From Cenococcum geophilum (Eukaryota), in NCBI GenBank assembly GCA_050273025.1, contig CP158635.1:4402001-4466000 (forward strand): 64,000 bases of DNA, written 5' to 3'. Below the pieces are notes generated by a model. That model had not been told where the DNA came from, did not search any database, and was given only the letters and a program-made list of their open reading frames with translations. Shown piece after piece: positions 1-14,531 of the stretch. A program made the translations under genes and the position numbers. Each line of letters opens with the position of its first letter. Positions within the stretch are counted from its first letter, which is position 1.

Positions 1-3000
1 CCACGCACGCAATCCATAATAACGTGTAGTGTGCTAGGTGCTTTAGGTTAACTCTTAACTCGTCTTTATCTTTAAGTTTAAACCTTTATTATATTAATCT
101 AAACGTTATAACTTTATTCGTAGGTACTAAGATATATCTCTCGCTTCTCTAGTCCTCTAAATCTTTTAACGTTATAATTAAGGCTCCTTTAATATACGTT
201 ATAGCCTTTTCTATAATTAGGTGGTCCTAAATAACTTATTCATCTAACTACATATAGAAGTCTTCCCACTTATCATTATACCTTTACCTATACTACTTTT
301 AGTACAGCTGCTAGAGTATATACGGCTTGTCTATAAGGAAGTATCTTCTTATTACTGCGTTATAATAGCTCTTTATGTGTCGTTCTTTGAACCTAGTAGG
401 GATCCCTAAATCCTCTTCATCTTCTAGTTTAGTAAGCCACTTAGCTCTTAATATACCTGCCCTAAGCCTATTAGTAATTCTTTATATTAATACTCTATCC
501 TTTATACGTCCTAATATACTAAATCTCTTATCTAGTTTCTGTTCTTGCTATGCGATAATTCTTTACCTAAACTCTTCTATAGTTTCTTTTAGTTTACGTC
601 TTACGCTTAGATCCTCGAAGTCTTCATACTTCTTAATCTTAGTATTAACTTTTTGATCTTTAATCCGAACACTATATTCTACTAGTAAATCTTTTAGGTT
701 TATATACTCGTCTCCCAGTCTAATTATTATTTACGCTGCAGATTCTCTAATCTATAAAGAAGTCTCTTACCTCTTATTTATAGGTGTCCTTATTTATACT
801 CCGAATTCTTAACCCCTTTAAATTCTTAATCCTAAGCTTGCTTCTATCTTAAGCTTTACTCTAGCCTTAGTCTAACTAGGCTTACTTAGTATTCTTATCT
901 TATTTTAAGAGTCTTAAATCTTACTTATCTCGTCTTAAGAGTCTTATGCCTTTAGGAAACTTCGTCCTAAGCTTATTTGTATATTGCTAAACTAAGCCAT
1001 TGCTCTACTCTATCGGTTATCGTCCGTTATAGGTCCTTAAGCTTACCTTATCTCGTTTTAAGAATCTTAGTTGTCTCGCATCTTATTATAAGAATCTTAA
1101 GCCTTTAGCCTTTTGCCTTTATTAAGTACCAAAGTGGTTTACTATTCTACTTTTCTTATATCTTGTGAAGCGATAGACATTATATCTAGTGGGGTTTCAA
1201 TCCCTACTAATATTCCCTATTCTATAGTGGAATTATCCTCTACCTCTAGTATAATATCTCCGAGGTCTACGTGCCCCTAGTAAGCCGCTTCCGTTACCTT
1301 ATTATTATAAAATATTTCGCCTACGTTAAAGTCATCGTCCTTAATATCCAATCTATAAACTGGTTCGTTAGTTCCTCTATATCCTATAGGTGCTAGCTCT
1401 TATAGCTAATAGCTTGCGCTATACTTAGCGTCCTTATAAATTTGGTATACGTTATTATAATAAAACGTAAAACTTTTAATTAAATATTCCTTTATTCCTT
1501 ATAGCATATTATTATTTCTCTATACGTATATATCGTCTACTAGTCTTATTTCTTTTACTATATAGTAACTCTAACCATTCCTATAGTCTCTAACGTAATA
1601 ACCCTATTTTCCGCAATTTATGTAAGCTCCCTCTTTAAACTATTTTTCTTACTATAGAGTCCGCCTAAACGTCTTCTACTACTAAGATCCCTAATTTAGC
1701 CTCTGCTCCTTAGACCTTTAATTACTTAATCCTTATCCTCTAGGTTTCCACGGTTTCTTACTCTATCTCTTATAGGCTTCTTTAGTACCACTTAGGTCTA
1801 TTAGCTCTGCGCCATACCATAGTTTTTAACTTAACTTTAGTTATTACGTGCTCTGCGCCTTATATAACTGTAGAACTCTATCCTAGCCTTTCTTAGCCTG
1901 TTCCCTTTAGTAGATCTAATTATTAATCTTAATTACTTAATCTATTAGTTCCCTTAGGGTGTCTATATCTTCCATTAGGATAATTACGTCCTAGACTTTA
2001 GCCTTAAGTCCCTGTTTATACTATACTATAAGCGCCCTATTATTCTACTTTACTTGCGTTGCTAACGTCTAGAACTACGTTATATACTTAATTGCTAAGG
2101 TTTATTACGTAATATCTTAGAGTTTTCTTTCCACCGTGGTTACTGCCTCTAGGTCTCTAAATATTTATATAAGTCGTTCTATAAATCCATTCCAGCTTAA
2201 GAATATAAACCGTACCTCTTAGTTAGTAGTTGTTATGCCGTTCGCTTATATCTCTATAAGGTAAGGCTCAAACTACTTAAGTGCCCTTCCTATTAAGAAT
2301 AGTCCTGCATAGGCTATTTAATCTATAGGTGTTGCCAGCTTTGCTCCTTCCTGTGCTACCTTAAAGTACATTTATATAAGGAATCCTTTAAGCTTTAATC
2401 TCTCTCCTAAGTACCTTTTAATTAATAGTAACTTAACCTTTACTGCGCCTATCCCATTAATCCTATTTTCTAACGTTATATTATTTTCTATTAACTAGTT
2501 AACTATCTCTTATAGCTATCCGACCGTTATAGGTTGCTATAAGTTAGTATCTGCTATACTAGTGTCGTTACCTAATCTTAAAGTAGTTGCCGCCGTTAAT
2601 GGCGTCGTGGTGGCTGCTTTTAGTGGCATATTATTTGACTTTCTGTATTAATACCGTAACTAGGTAGTAATTGTGTAATAAAACCTTATAGCAAGAACTA
2701 CGGTGGGCTTGTTATTAGGCTAGGTATATAAGAAATATAAGTATAAAAGTTAATAACGTAATAATAACTGGTGGAGTGGTTGCCTAACAGATTAACTCCA
2801 ATTGTATTCTAAGAATTACTATAAGGAAGGAACTATCTAGGTAGGGACTAAGGTCCTTTAAATATACAACTATACTCTTAAGAAATCCTTCTTATACGTG
2901 ATGTACGTATGCTCTGTCTACTCTGTCACAGATTATATAGATCGTACAGATCATATAGATCACTCTACGTGACCTCGGTTACCATTCCTCATCACATAGC

Positions 3001-3099
3001 TTTATCGGCTCTATCTTAGACCGTGCCTAGATTAACCAACTAGCTTCTTCTAACTCTTCCCCAAGTAGTCATAACATTGTACTTAAAGCGTCCGTAACA
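1..3099 (-). mobile_element. Ty3/Gypsy LTR retrotransposon, 5' part (gag + 5' LTR); the rest lies outside the window
   Basis: Colinear with 18843-21949 of the complete copy. Gag-like reading and a RIP'd CCHC knuckle at ~1585-1630 on the minus strand. LTR at 2674-3099. Confidence 0.9.
2674..3099 (-). repeat. LTR (~426 bp, TG...CA)
   Basis: Starts tgtaata and ends tccgtaaca; homologous to 13999-14423 and 21525-21949. Confidence 0.92.
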
Positions 3100-4985
3100 A
3101 TATTACTAGGCTAGCTAAAAATCGCGGTTATACTAGAGCCTTCTAATCTTAGCTAAGTTAACTTAGCCGCGAATATTATATTAAGCGACAGGTACTATAA
3201 GAGGACGGGGCTGCTAATTTTGCTAGCGATATATCTTTAAGAGTGTCTATATATAGTAATGCTAATTCTAATCCGTTTGTATCTAATATAGGGCGAGAGC
3301 TTAGTCTAGGTGAAATATCCGTAGTTCTACCTACGGATATTCTATTGGGGAAGCTAGCGCGGCGTCTAAAGACTAAAGCTAAGAAAAGAGCAGCTCTCTC
3401 CTATTATATATATGCTCTTATAAATAAGGAAAAGGGCTACTTAGAAAAGATTATATTAGAGAACTATAAGAAACATTCTCCGTCCACTAGGAGCTAGGGT
3501 TATTACTTTAACTATAATTCTACTTTACGGGCTTTTAAAGAGTTTAATATTTATAAGCCGTATATAGAGGGAATTCCAAGGAAGATATAACAAAAGGCCT
3601 TTACTGTAAGCATAAAAAACTAGTTCTGTAACTAGATGGAGAAGAAATATTAGTATACTGTTTGGAATCCGACCTTAAGCTATATTATATCTAATAAGCA
3701 AATTACCGCCCTCTATAGCTGCGCCTGGTATATAACTAGCTATAAGGCGCTTAAGAAAAACCTACCTAATTGGAATTATAATCAGCTTAGTAATAATCTA
3801 GATAAGTTTATTGCCTTTATTTAAACGGAGGTAGAAAAGGTAAATTAGGTAGAGAGCTAGCTATTAGCGTTAGTAAGTAAATTAAAAAATAGTATAAAGC
3901 GGATATTACTACGGTCTAAGGTAGCAGAGAGGCGTATAGTATTAGTAGCTTAATGTCCGCAAATATAAGTAGCTCAGCTACCTTAATTGATATCCGCCGA
4001 AAATCCGTATATAGGGTAGCCGACACTATTACCTTCTTAGCCTATATCTAGCAGGAACACGCAGCTAGCTAGCTTAAACTCTAGCTAGCAGAACACCTCT
4101 AGGCTAAGTATACTAATACCCTATAACGGATATTAGTTTTAGTAACGCAATAGTTAGGTCTAGTTTTTAATATAAGGCGGATATTTAGGATCCTAAAGTT
4201 AGGCCAGGTATTAATAGCCCTAGGGTAATAATTAGAGTTAGTTGTTATTAGGTATTAAGTATTAGCCTCTTAAATATTAGGGTCTATACTATAATAATAA
4301 ATATTAACTCCCTATAGCTCCTAGATATCTAAGTCTATACTATAGTATTAAAAACTAGTCTCTAGGGCAGGCTAGGTATTATAGCTTACAAGGCAGCTCC
4401 GCACCTTAACCTTTAGAATAATTTAGATATTAGAGCTTATAACGCAGTATTAGGTCTTAGCCCTTAAAGTAATCCAGATATTAAAGCTTATAGCGCAGTA
4501 TTAAATCCAAATCCTTAGGGCAGTCTAAGTATTAGAGCTTATAGTGTAACACTAAGTCTTAACTTTTAGATAAGCCCGAGGTTTAATATTCGTAATATAG
4601 CACTAGATCTCCAATTACGAAAATTTCTAAAGTTTAAGATCTGTACTATAGCACTAGTTCCTAAGTAGTAGGAAATCCGGAAATTTAGAATTTATAACAC
4701 ATTATTAAATCTCCGCTCCTAGAGAATCTTAAGGCTTAAGATTTAAGTTACAATACTAAATCTCCGCTCCTAGGAAACTCTAAGGCTTGGGGTTTATAGG
4801 CTAATACTTAATCTCCGCCCTCTAAACTGGGCGTAGTTTAAAATTCGTATACTAATGCTCGATCCCCGCCTTTTAAATTAGGTATAGCTTAAAATTTATA
4901 GTCTAGTGTTTAATCTCCGCTCTCTAAATTGGGTGTAGCTTAGAACCTGCGGCCTAGTGCTTAATTTCCGCCCTTAGCTTTAAAT
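3100..4985 (+). pseudogene. RIP-degraded RecQ-like (SF2) helicase C-terminal part with a repetitive Q/P-rich tail
   Basis: In-frame TAY codons at 3438, 3501, 3504 and 3513 de-RIP to C-x20-CC-x2-C (RecQ Zn-binding pattern), preceded by ...IAVILEP and followed by an HRDC-like segment. The helicase core motifs are not in the window. Confidence 0.5.
4380..4975 (+). repeat. Degenerate 51-bp (17-codon) tandem repeat, roughly 11-12 units
   Basis: atctccgc-like motif at 4709, 4760, 4811, 4862, 4913 and 4964; tattagagcttat-like motif at 4428, 4479 and 4530. Confidence 0.85.
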
Positions 4986-5534
4986 ATAACGCAGCTTTAG
5001 CAGGTTAGTATTTAATATTCCTTAGCGTTCCATTTATTTATTAACTTAACTAAGACTAGGGTAGAGCTCTAATTAATATCTGGGTGTTAAGTGTTAATCT
5101 TTATATGCGTATTTAAATAGTTTATTAGATTCTTATCTAAAAAGACACTAGGGTTTATACTAAAAGCTTTTAAAACCCGTAGAACCTATATTATATTAGC
5201 TATTTAGTTTAAGTATTTTATAATCCTCTTAACTAGATATTATCCGTTCTTCTTAGGCTACTATACCTTAAGCCTTTTAGCTAATATTAAATCTACCTTA
5301 TAGTAAGAGAAAATAAAAGGACGTATCTATATACTTTAAAAGTAATAAATTTGCTTACTAAGTAAACCTAATATCCGCTTATAACCCTTCTCCAGCACCT
5401 TAATTAAGTAGTAATTTTATATTAATGTTACTTCGTAAGTTAACTAGACGGCGCCCACTTACTTTAATTAGTAGTAACTTAACTATAAAGGATTTACGCG
5501 TTACAAATAAGCGTATAAAAGGTAGTTAATATTT

Positions 5535-7427
5535 ACTAAGGTAAGTTACTATAATAGTAATTATTTATTAGTAAGCTAATTTAATAAAATCTACAGCGTG
5601 GATATTTACCTTAATTAACCTCCGCACTTTTACCTCATAACATTACACCGCAAACTTTATTATTATTGTTTTATCTACTATCTATTAGCATACTACTATC
5701 TATAATCCCTTCTTTTATACCTCTAAATACGTCTAACAGCTATTTAGTTGAGGAACTTAATACGCGCGATATTGATGATAAAATAATTAAGGACGCTTTT
5801 AAAGACGCTCTTTCTTTTACTAATCCTTTAAAATCTTTACCTAGAGAGTAAGCTTTCTAATACTAAATTATGCCTATAGCTAATATAATTTTAGGAAATA
5901 TATACTAAAGCACTCTTTATTAGATCTAGCAGAGCACTATAATAAGGTTATTGCGAAATCCGCTAGAAATTTGCTTACCTTTTCATTGCTTACCTCTTTA
6001 CCGCCTACTTCTTTACTACTTATCTCTTTGCCGCCTACCTTTAAGCCGCTTATTTCTTTATCGCCTACTACTTTTAAGAAGTTTAATCCTTATTGTGCTT
6101 TTACTTCTCTTAAGAGGCAGGCTAATAGAATTGCTGCGCAAAATTTTTAGTATAAGATAGCCTTTAAATCGTATATATTAGCTATACTCTTTTAGTATCT
6201 TATCTACTAATTTACCTCTTATAGTAACCTAATAGAAATGTTAGAGATTTTAGATAATAATAAAGAGAATAATCTTAATGACGCTAACTCTCCTAAAAGC
6301 CCTTCTCTATCCTTTTATAATCTCCACAGCCCTTATAAGCTCCGCAGTACATAGACGGCCTAAGCTATAATATTGGATATTAATATAAACGAGCGCCTTC
6401 CTATTTAAGTGCTGTTAGTAAATAAATAGTATACCCTAAAAGCTAGTGCTTAGGAGAATATAAAGGAAACTCGCTAGTAGATATATACCCACGTCTAGAA
6501 TATTAAGGGTAGCTCTAGTATGCTGCGCGATCTACTATACGCTTTATATGTTAAGCAAGACTATAAATATCGCGTCTATAAGTAAAACTCTGCGCTATAT
6601 TTTGGAGGTATGTGCTTAAGATATCGTTTAAGTAGTAGGTTGTGCAAAAAGGTATATACTAATAATATACTATTATTCTATTAGCTAACACGTATATAGG
6701 ATAGTTTGCTAAGACTAGAGCCGGTTACACCTTAGCGTAAAAAATGTACGTAATTAGCTTCTGCTAGTAGTCTAGCTAGAACGCCTACTAAAAAGGTATA
6801 ATATCCGCATTTTAATAATATGGATATTGCTAATATCCGTATAGCTTTATACCTATACTATCCCCCCTCCGGAGACCTTCCCTTCCCCTAAGACTTTTAC
6901 TTATAGTAATATACGCAGCCGTAGGGGCACCCGTTCTGCTGCTGCTCCTTTTACTCTTTTACTAATTCCTAGTACGCCTAGTACTGCTTCTAGTACTACT
7001 GCCGCTCCCGCTAGCACGGAGAATATTAGGGTATATTTAGCAATTGCTATTTCTACACGCGTTAATATAGTTTATAGATAGGTAACTAAGATAGCGAAAG
7101 ATGTTTAGGCTATAGATTGCTGGTTAAGTAAGCTTAAAGATTCTTTAAGTAAGATAAAGGATTGGCTTGCGTTTATAAGGCGTAGTATTATAGCACTTAT
7201 ATATAACGCCGGGTTGCTAAATATAGAATTTAAGTAGATATTAGTTAGCTATTGCTGCGGGTTAGCTATTACTATGGGTTAACTGTTATTATAGGTCTAG
7301 AGTAATAAAATAGTAGCTCTTACCTCTCTACTACTATATATGTAGGAATTAAGTCTCTACCTTATATTTAATAGACGTAATTAATATTATAATATCCATA
7401 TAAGCTAAGATAAAGATATTTATATAT
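5535..7427 (+). pseudogene. Copy 1 of a ~1.9-kb duplicated unit: intron-containing gene relic with a Zn(II)2Cys6-like cluster
   Basis: Homologous to 12655-13998 plus 21955-22540. GT..CTAAY..AG introns at ~5849 and ~6652. Six TGY/TAY codons at 6538-6645 spaced C-x2-C-x6-C-x14-C-x2-C-x6-C. Confidence 0.65.
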
Positions 7428-10400
7428 TATTATTAATTCTATTTATCGCCCGATTCGGTCCCTTTTTAGGTCTATGCAGGCTTCTACCTTCTATATATAG
7501 GAAAAACCCCCTAGGGGGGAAAACCTAGGTATATCCTTTTAGCTAGTCTTACGCGCTCCGCCTTCGCCTAGCCTGTGTACCTTTATATAATGTCTGCCTT
7601 ACGTACTATGCTTCTAAGGTGTCTTGGAAGATCTAGGGGGTAGTGGGAGGGTTTGGTGATTCGCCGGTATGCCACCTTTAACTAGGTAGGGGGTGTCCAG
7701 TCTCTAAGGGACTAAAAGGGGGCGTATCCTTTAGTGTCCTCCTGCTGGATCTCATTTGCTGTCTGGAACTGCTAAAGGACTCCTTGGCTTATAAGCCATT
7801 GTGCTGCTTTATATAGACCCCTGCTTATGGAGAGCATTTAGGTAATATCATTTGTGCCTATTCTAGCGAACAACTGGTCTCTTGCAGTGCGTTGGTTGCA
7901 GAATAGTAGTACGTGGCGTACTAACTGTGTAGGCCATCCGCACGTACAGTGTGGCGTAATATTTGGGACATGGATGCTTGCTAGCTATGCATTTAGCCCT
8001 AAGACCTTTGTCCTTAGTAGGAAGGCGGCCGTAGATTCTGCCTTTGTTTGTCCTTCGTATAGGGGGAGAGTTAGTATCGTCCATGGGGTGATCTATATAG
8101 CTGCCCTCTGTGTTTTTGCCGCCTTCTTCCATCATTGGTTCCACTCAATATTTGCCCATCTTGCGATGCATGTAGTGGATCTCCACTTATGCTGGTGGCC
8201 TCCTATTCTCTACTGCCGTGGTGGCGCTCCGCTGGCGTAGCGCCGGGTCTCTGCTTAGTATTATAATAGCTCTTGTATTTCCTATTCTTTCTCTGCCGTA
8301 CGTAGGCGGAGGGCTTCCTAGCTTATAAGCTTAGGCGTATTACCCCTTCGGGGGGCCCTTACTCCTTATATACAATTGAGTGTTTGGCGTATATCCTTCT
8401 CCACTAGGTGGTCTTGTACTATAGCTGCTCTCTATATGGCAATTATGTCTATATATATATCTAGTGGAGGTACTACTGCTTTGCGTTCTAGTGTGGCACA
8501 TAGTGTCCTCTTATAGGCCCCTGTAATTCTACGTAGGTATTAGTTTTATAGTTTAACTAGTGGCTCTAGGGAGCTTTTTGCTAGTGGCTTGCCTTTTAGG
8601 TCCACGCCCCAGATCTAGGCGCTGTATAGCATTGTTGGCCTTACTACAGCTATGTATAGTAGTTGTATACGTCTAAATGAGGGTCCCCAGGTTGAGGCTG
8701 CGGTACGCGATATCGCTACAAATGCTGCTGCTCCCCTATGAGTCGCCTGTATAATATGCGCATTTTAGTTTAGTCTAGCGTCCACCCATACCCCTAGGAC
8801 CTTAAGGGTGGCTTCTAGTTTTGCTTCGCAGCCCTAGATGCTTACTGTTAACGCTAAGTCGTTATTCGCCCTCCTTTTCCTTATAAAATGGATAAGCTAG
8901 TATTTATCTAGTGCAAATTTAGCGCTATACCGTTTTGCCTATACGACGCACCTATCGTGCGCCTAGTTTAGTCTAGTGCAGTTTTCTGCTGCTGTGTTTC
9001 CCTATATAATTAGGTTTATATCGTCTATAAATCCTAAGGCTACTGTTTCCTAGTTGCTCTTAAATATCTCTAGTAGCTTAGATATAAAGAATAAGAACAG
9101 GATTGGCGATAGGGGCGACCCCTGTGGGATGCCTATAGGTATTGGTATTAATTCGCTTTTGTAGCCCTTAAATACTATCTTAGTAGTACGCCCTGTTAGA
9201 AAGGCTTATGTAAACTTAACTATCCATTCTAGTAGACCCTTCTTTCTTAGGATCCATAGGAGTCTCTCATGCGATACATTATCGAAGGCTCTACTTAGGT
9301 CTAAGCTAAGCATAGATACTACGCATCCTGGGTGGGCTTGCCACGCCGCCTAGACGCTAGAGGTAATTAGAGAGAGGGCTAAGAGGGTTGATCGCTTCTT
9401 TCTTACGCCCATTTATGTCCATAGTAGTAGTCCTTACTCCTCTGCGGCGTCTTATATGCGCTCTATAACTATCTTTTCTAAAAGCTTTCCTAGCGTATTT
9501 TTAAGGGCGATTGGTTAGTAGCTTTCTGGGAGAGAGTAGTCCTTTTTATTTAGCTTTCTTAAGATAACTGTAGTTGTTGCTTTACAGCAGTCTGGTAGAT
9601 TGCCTTCGTATAAGCAGGTAGTTGCAGCGTTTACTAGTAGTATTGCTAAGGCTTCTAACGCAGCCTTAATTACCTCGTTTAGAATCCTGTCTAGTTCTGC
9701 CGCTTTGCCTATAGGGAGCTTCCAAATAGCTTCTTTTATGTCCTTTATTAAGACTATCTAGCTTATCTCTAGGGGTAGGGGGTAGTTTTAGTTGCTAGTG
9801 TTCTATAAGTCTGCTTAGCCTACGCCTAAAAAGAACCTCTCTGCTAATATTCTTGTTTTTTCCCCGTTATTATTTATATACTGGTTATATACTATCCAAC
9901 GTAGTGCGGGTAGGTAAAGGTCCCCTAGCATTTCCCCTGCGGCTCGCTTACTCCACTTTAACATTTGCCAGAGTCCCTAGTTATATGGCTTAGTGGGGTC
10001 TAAAGTAATTTCCTTAAGGAACCGGCGCCAGCTGTTTCTGCTCTCCTTCCATATTGTCTTCTTAAGCCTATTCTTTAGGGCTTTATAACTCTGTTAGTAG
10101 TAGACCTCGCCCGTCTCACTATACTATCGCCTCGCCCTCCTTAAGCCTATAAGTATCTGCGCTGCCTCTGGTGACCATTCGCGCCGGGCGTGTTTACTAG
10201 GCTAGGCCATTAGGCAATACTTATCTAGGTAGTTGCTTATAGTCTTCTAGATATCCTCTAGCGTTACCTAAGGTATTGTTGCTAGCCTATTAATAATTTC
10301 CTAGGTATATTTTTCCTAATCGAGTTTCTAGATAGCGTATCTCTGGCGGGTTTGTTGCGCTAGTATGTTAACATCAAGGGTTATCTGTATAGGTATATAG

Positions 10401-12621
10401 TCTGCAGTTATTGCCTATATATTCTCTAGCCCGCAGAAAGCTAGCCGGTCTACTAGTGCTTCGTGCATAAATATAAGGTTAATTATGCTCTCTTAGGTTC
10501 CTCTTTTCTAGGTAAGTTCGCCTATTAGGGTAATTAGGGCGAGGCTTCGCGTTTCTAGTTTATTAAGTAGGTGAGTTGCCTATACTTCTACTATAGCCTA
10601 CTATCCTCCCCATGCTGTATAGTGTGTATTAAAGTCCCCTAGGACTATTATCTCGCCTTCTACTATGTTAATTATTTATTAGAGTAGCCCCTACGTAGTT
10701 ATCTGGGGCCTGTTGTCGCTTGGGTTATAGACATTAATTATACTAATTTAGCCCCTATTTGTAGCTATTTATAGTTTAGCTATATTAGGGCTAATAGTGT
10801 AATAGCTCCAGGCCTATATATTAATGCGTTGGCTAATTAGGAAGCATACGCGGGTAGACGGGTTTAGTTTATATAGGAGGTAGTATTTTTTTAGTTAGTA
10901 CGTTTTACGGGTTTGTTTGTTATACGCTAGCTCCTATAGGGCTATTATTTAGTATTTTTCTAAGTCTAGGCTGTCGAATAAAGGGCGTGTTGCTCTGTAG
11001 TTTGAGTGTCTATAGTTATATTATATTGTTATTAATCCTTTTATAGTTCGTCTGGTGACTTATAGGCGTCTTCCATTCGTGTCTGGGGCGTTTTACTCAG
11101 GGCCGCTATAATTGGGATTCTTTATTAGGATAGGTCTCTGGCGGCGTTAGTGCTGCCTCGCGGGCGTCCTACGGCTCGTTTTACTACTGGTTAGGCAGAG
11201 GCTGCTCCTATTAGGGTAGGTATCCTAGTTCTCTTCCGCTGTTCGATTATCCAGCCACTATTATTTGCCCTGCTTATCTCCTTCTCCTTATATACGTTTC
11301 CCTAGAGCGTGGCTATAATCTAGTATAGTTAGGCTTATCTTGTCCTAGTGGCTTCTAGGTATACCTAGTAGGTTCTACATTCCGCCTTCTGCCTTACTCT
11401 ATATTCTTTTCCGCAATTTACGCATCTAACTCCCTTATCCTTAGGGCAGTCCCTAGTATTATGGTTATCGGCGTACTCTCCGCACCTTACTTACTTCCCG
11501 CATGCGTTCTAGGTGTGTCCCTATTATTAGCATCTAAAGCATTATTAGACTTGGACTCTGTAGTAGTATAGCTAGGCTTTATACTAAAGGCTATCTATAA
11601 CTACTTCTTTGCGGGCTACTATTGCCTACATCTCTTGGGTTAGTAGGTTGATTATTAGGGTGCCGCGCGTTTTAACCTTTTGGAACCCTGGTGATTCTCC
11701 TGTGTACGTTATGCGTTCTTTATAGAGCCATATAACTCTAGTTATAGTAATTCCAGGGGCTAGTTTTTTAGTGGCCTCTATAATCCTCTAGATAAGCTAT
11801 GCATTTATAGCGCCTCGTCCGCTTTCTACTTATATACTAAGTGGTACTCCTATTACTTTAACTGGGTAGTCCTAGCGGAGGATCTTACACTCGGGGGTGT
11901 CTCCCTAGGTGATAGTCTAGTCCTTTGCCTGCTGGTTAGGGAGCGTAACCTCTACGTTGCTGCTGCGTAGGACCCTTACTGCCACTGCCTTTGGTATATA
12001 TATTTTAATTAATATAAGAATCTGTTCTGGGTCCGCCCCTAATACCTTTAGTATTTAGACCCTAACTGTGGCTCTAACCGGTGCTATACTGGGTATACGC
12101 TAGGGAGTCGCCGGTTAGGCGCTTGCGGCGATATTAGCCCATATTAGCTTTGCTGCTTATGCTATTAGTGTTCTCTATAATTTTATAGCATCCTCGATGC
12201 GCCCGAGCCTATCCTCTACCGCATTCTGGTTCCTGTTATGCTTTGTCTAGAGCTCTCATACAATAAGGCCTGCTTATTGTGCCACACGCGCTACCCCTAC
12301 GCGTGGGCGTTCGTCCTCTCCCTTCCCTAGATCGTCCTTAATGTTCTTTAGGAGGTCCACAAGTTTCTGCCAATTCTAGTCGTTGTCCTTTAGTTATTAT
12401 GGTTAAGTCGCCCCCTGTTGGGTTTGTTGTGGTGTCACGATTTTCTATGCGGCGCCCACCCTTCGAGTCTACTACGACCCTCCTATATCGCGCAGGCTTT
12501 CCAGCTGTGCTGCATACATTGGTTCTAGGGCATAAAATGCCGTAGATTTGATTGGAGGTGGTTATTTCTCTATTAGGTAATTAGTGGGCGTGTTCTGCTG
12601 CTATAGCGGCTCGTTTCTATC
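7428..12621 (-). mobile_element. Full-length Tad1-like LINE (ORF1 with three zinc knuckles; ORF2 with APE endonuclease, RT and C-terminal CCHC)
   Basis: RT motifs LDLS(G)AFDN (~9280-9305), GIPQGSPLSPILF (~9095-9133) and GF(V)DD (~9021-9036). ORF1 knuckles at ~11390-11545. (AAT)n tail. TSD aagatatttatatat at 7413-7427 and 12624-12638. Confidence 0.93.
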
Positions 12622-13998
12622 TGAAGATATTTATATATCCGCACTATTGATAATTACTAAGGTAAGTCACTATAGTAGCAATTATTTGTTAGTAAGCTAA
12701 TTTAATAAAATAGGTAGCGTAAATATTCACCTTTAATTAACCTCTATACCTCTTTTTCCTTTACTAACCTTCTACCTTATAGTACCGCACCGTAAACTTT
12801 ATTATTGTTGTTTTATCTACTATCCCTTAGTATTCTTCTATCTATAATACCTTTATTTACACCTGTAAATAATATTAATGCGAATAATAGTAGCTAGGTA
12901 GTTAAGGAGCTTAATATACGCGAAATAAACGAGGATGTTGTTAAGCACGCTATAGCTGCTCCTACTAAGCCTTTAGGCTTTATTCCTAAAGAGTAAGCTT
13001 TCTAATACTAAATTATACCTATAGCTAATATAATTATAGAAAATATATACCGAAGCGCTCTTTATAGGATTTAGTAGATAATAAAAATATAGATAGAGCG
13101 AAATCCGCTAAAAATCCGCGTACCTTTTTGCTGCCTGCCTTTCCTTTACCTACATCTTTACTATAGACTACTTTGCCGTCCACTTCTTCGCTATCTGCCT
13201 CTTTGCTACTACTACCTAATACTTTTAAAAGGAGGCTTAATAAGGCTCGGTTATCTTCTTTTTTTAAAAAGTAGGCTAAAAAGGCTGCTGATATAAATTT
13301 AAAGGCTAAGATAGCCATTAAATTATATATATTAGTTATACTATTTTAATATCTTATCTACTAATTTACCTCTTATAGTAACCTAAATATTTATAAGGTT
13401 TCTTTAGATAGCAAATCTTTAAATAGCGGCAAAGATGAAGATCTTAATAACGCCGACTCTTATAATCTCCGCAGCCCTTATAATCTCCATAGCCCTCGCA
13501 ATCTTTATAGCCCTTATAATCTCTATAGTACTACAAATATAAACAAGCGCCTTCCTATCTAAGTGCCGTTAGTAAATAAATGGTATACTCTAAAAGCTAG
13601 TGTTTAGGAGAATATAAAGGAAAGTCGCTAGTAGATATTAACATACGTCTAGAATATTAAGGGTCGCTTTAATAAGCTGCGTAACCCGCTATATACTCTA
13701 TGTAAGAAGTATAGCCATAAATATCGCGTTTATAAGAAGGACTCTAGGCCTTATTTTAGGGGTATATACTTAAGATATTATATAGGTGGTAGGTTGTACG
13801 GAAAGGTATATGCTAATAGTATACTATTATTCTATTAGCTAACACGCGTATAAAAAAGTTTACTAAATCTAGAGCTGGTTACACCTTAGGGTAAAAAACG
13901 TGCGAAGTTAGCTTCTGCTAATAGTCTAGCTAAAACGCCTACTAAGAAGGTATAATATCCGCGTATTAATAATACGGATATTGCTAATATCCGCATAG

Positions 13999-14423
13999 TG
14001 TAACGGAACCTTATAGCAAGAACTACGGTAGGCTCGTTATTAGGCTAGGTGTGTAGGAAATACAAGTACAAAAGTCGACAACGTAATAACAACTAGTGGA
14101 GTGGTTGCCTAATAGATTAACTCCAATTATATTCTAAAAATTACTACAAGGAAGGAACTATCTAGGTAGGGACTAAGGGTCCTTAAATACACAACCGTAC
14201 TCCTATAAAATCCTTCTTATACGTAATATACGTCTTATATATAAGGTACGTAAGTTCCTCTTATTCCTCTTATTTAATATATAGCATATTATATAACCTT
14301 AGTTACCATTCCTCGTCATATAGTTCTATTGGCTCTATCTTAGACTATGCCTAAATTAACTAACTAGCTTCTTCCGTCTCTTCTCTAAGTAGTTATAATA
14401 TTGTACTTAAAGCGTCTATAACA
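13999..14423 (-). repeat. 3' LTR of the Gypsy element
   Basis: tgtaacgg...ctataaca, next to the polypurine tract (minus strand aaagaggagggagatgg). Confidence 0.95.
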
Positions 14424-14531
14424 CCATCTCCCTCCTCTTTATCTTCGTCCTTAAAGATTTAAAATATCTCTAAGTCGTTTACTAAAAGTATAATATCCGT
14501 CTAATTAATTTGGTTAATATTATTACTTATT

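Noticed and set aside
4380..4975. CRISPR-like array
   Set aside because: Eukaryotic context; whole units are homologous, with no repeat/unique-spacer structure and no cas genes.
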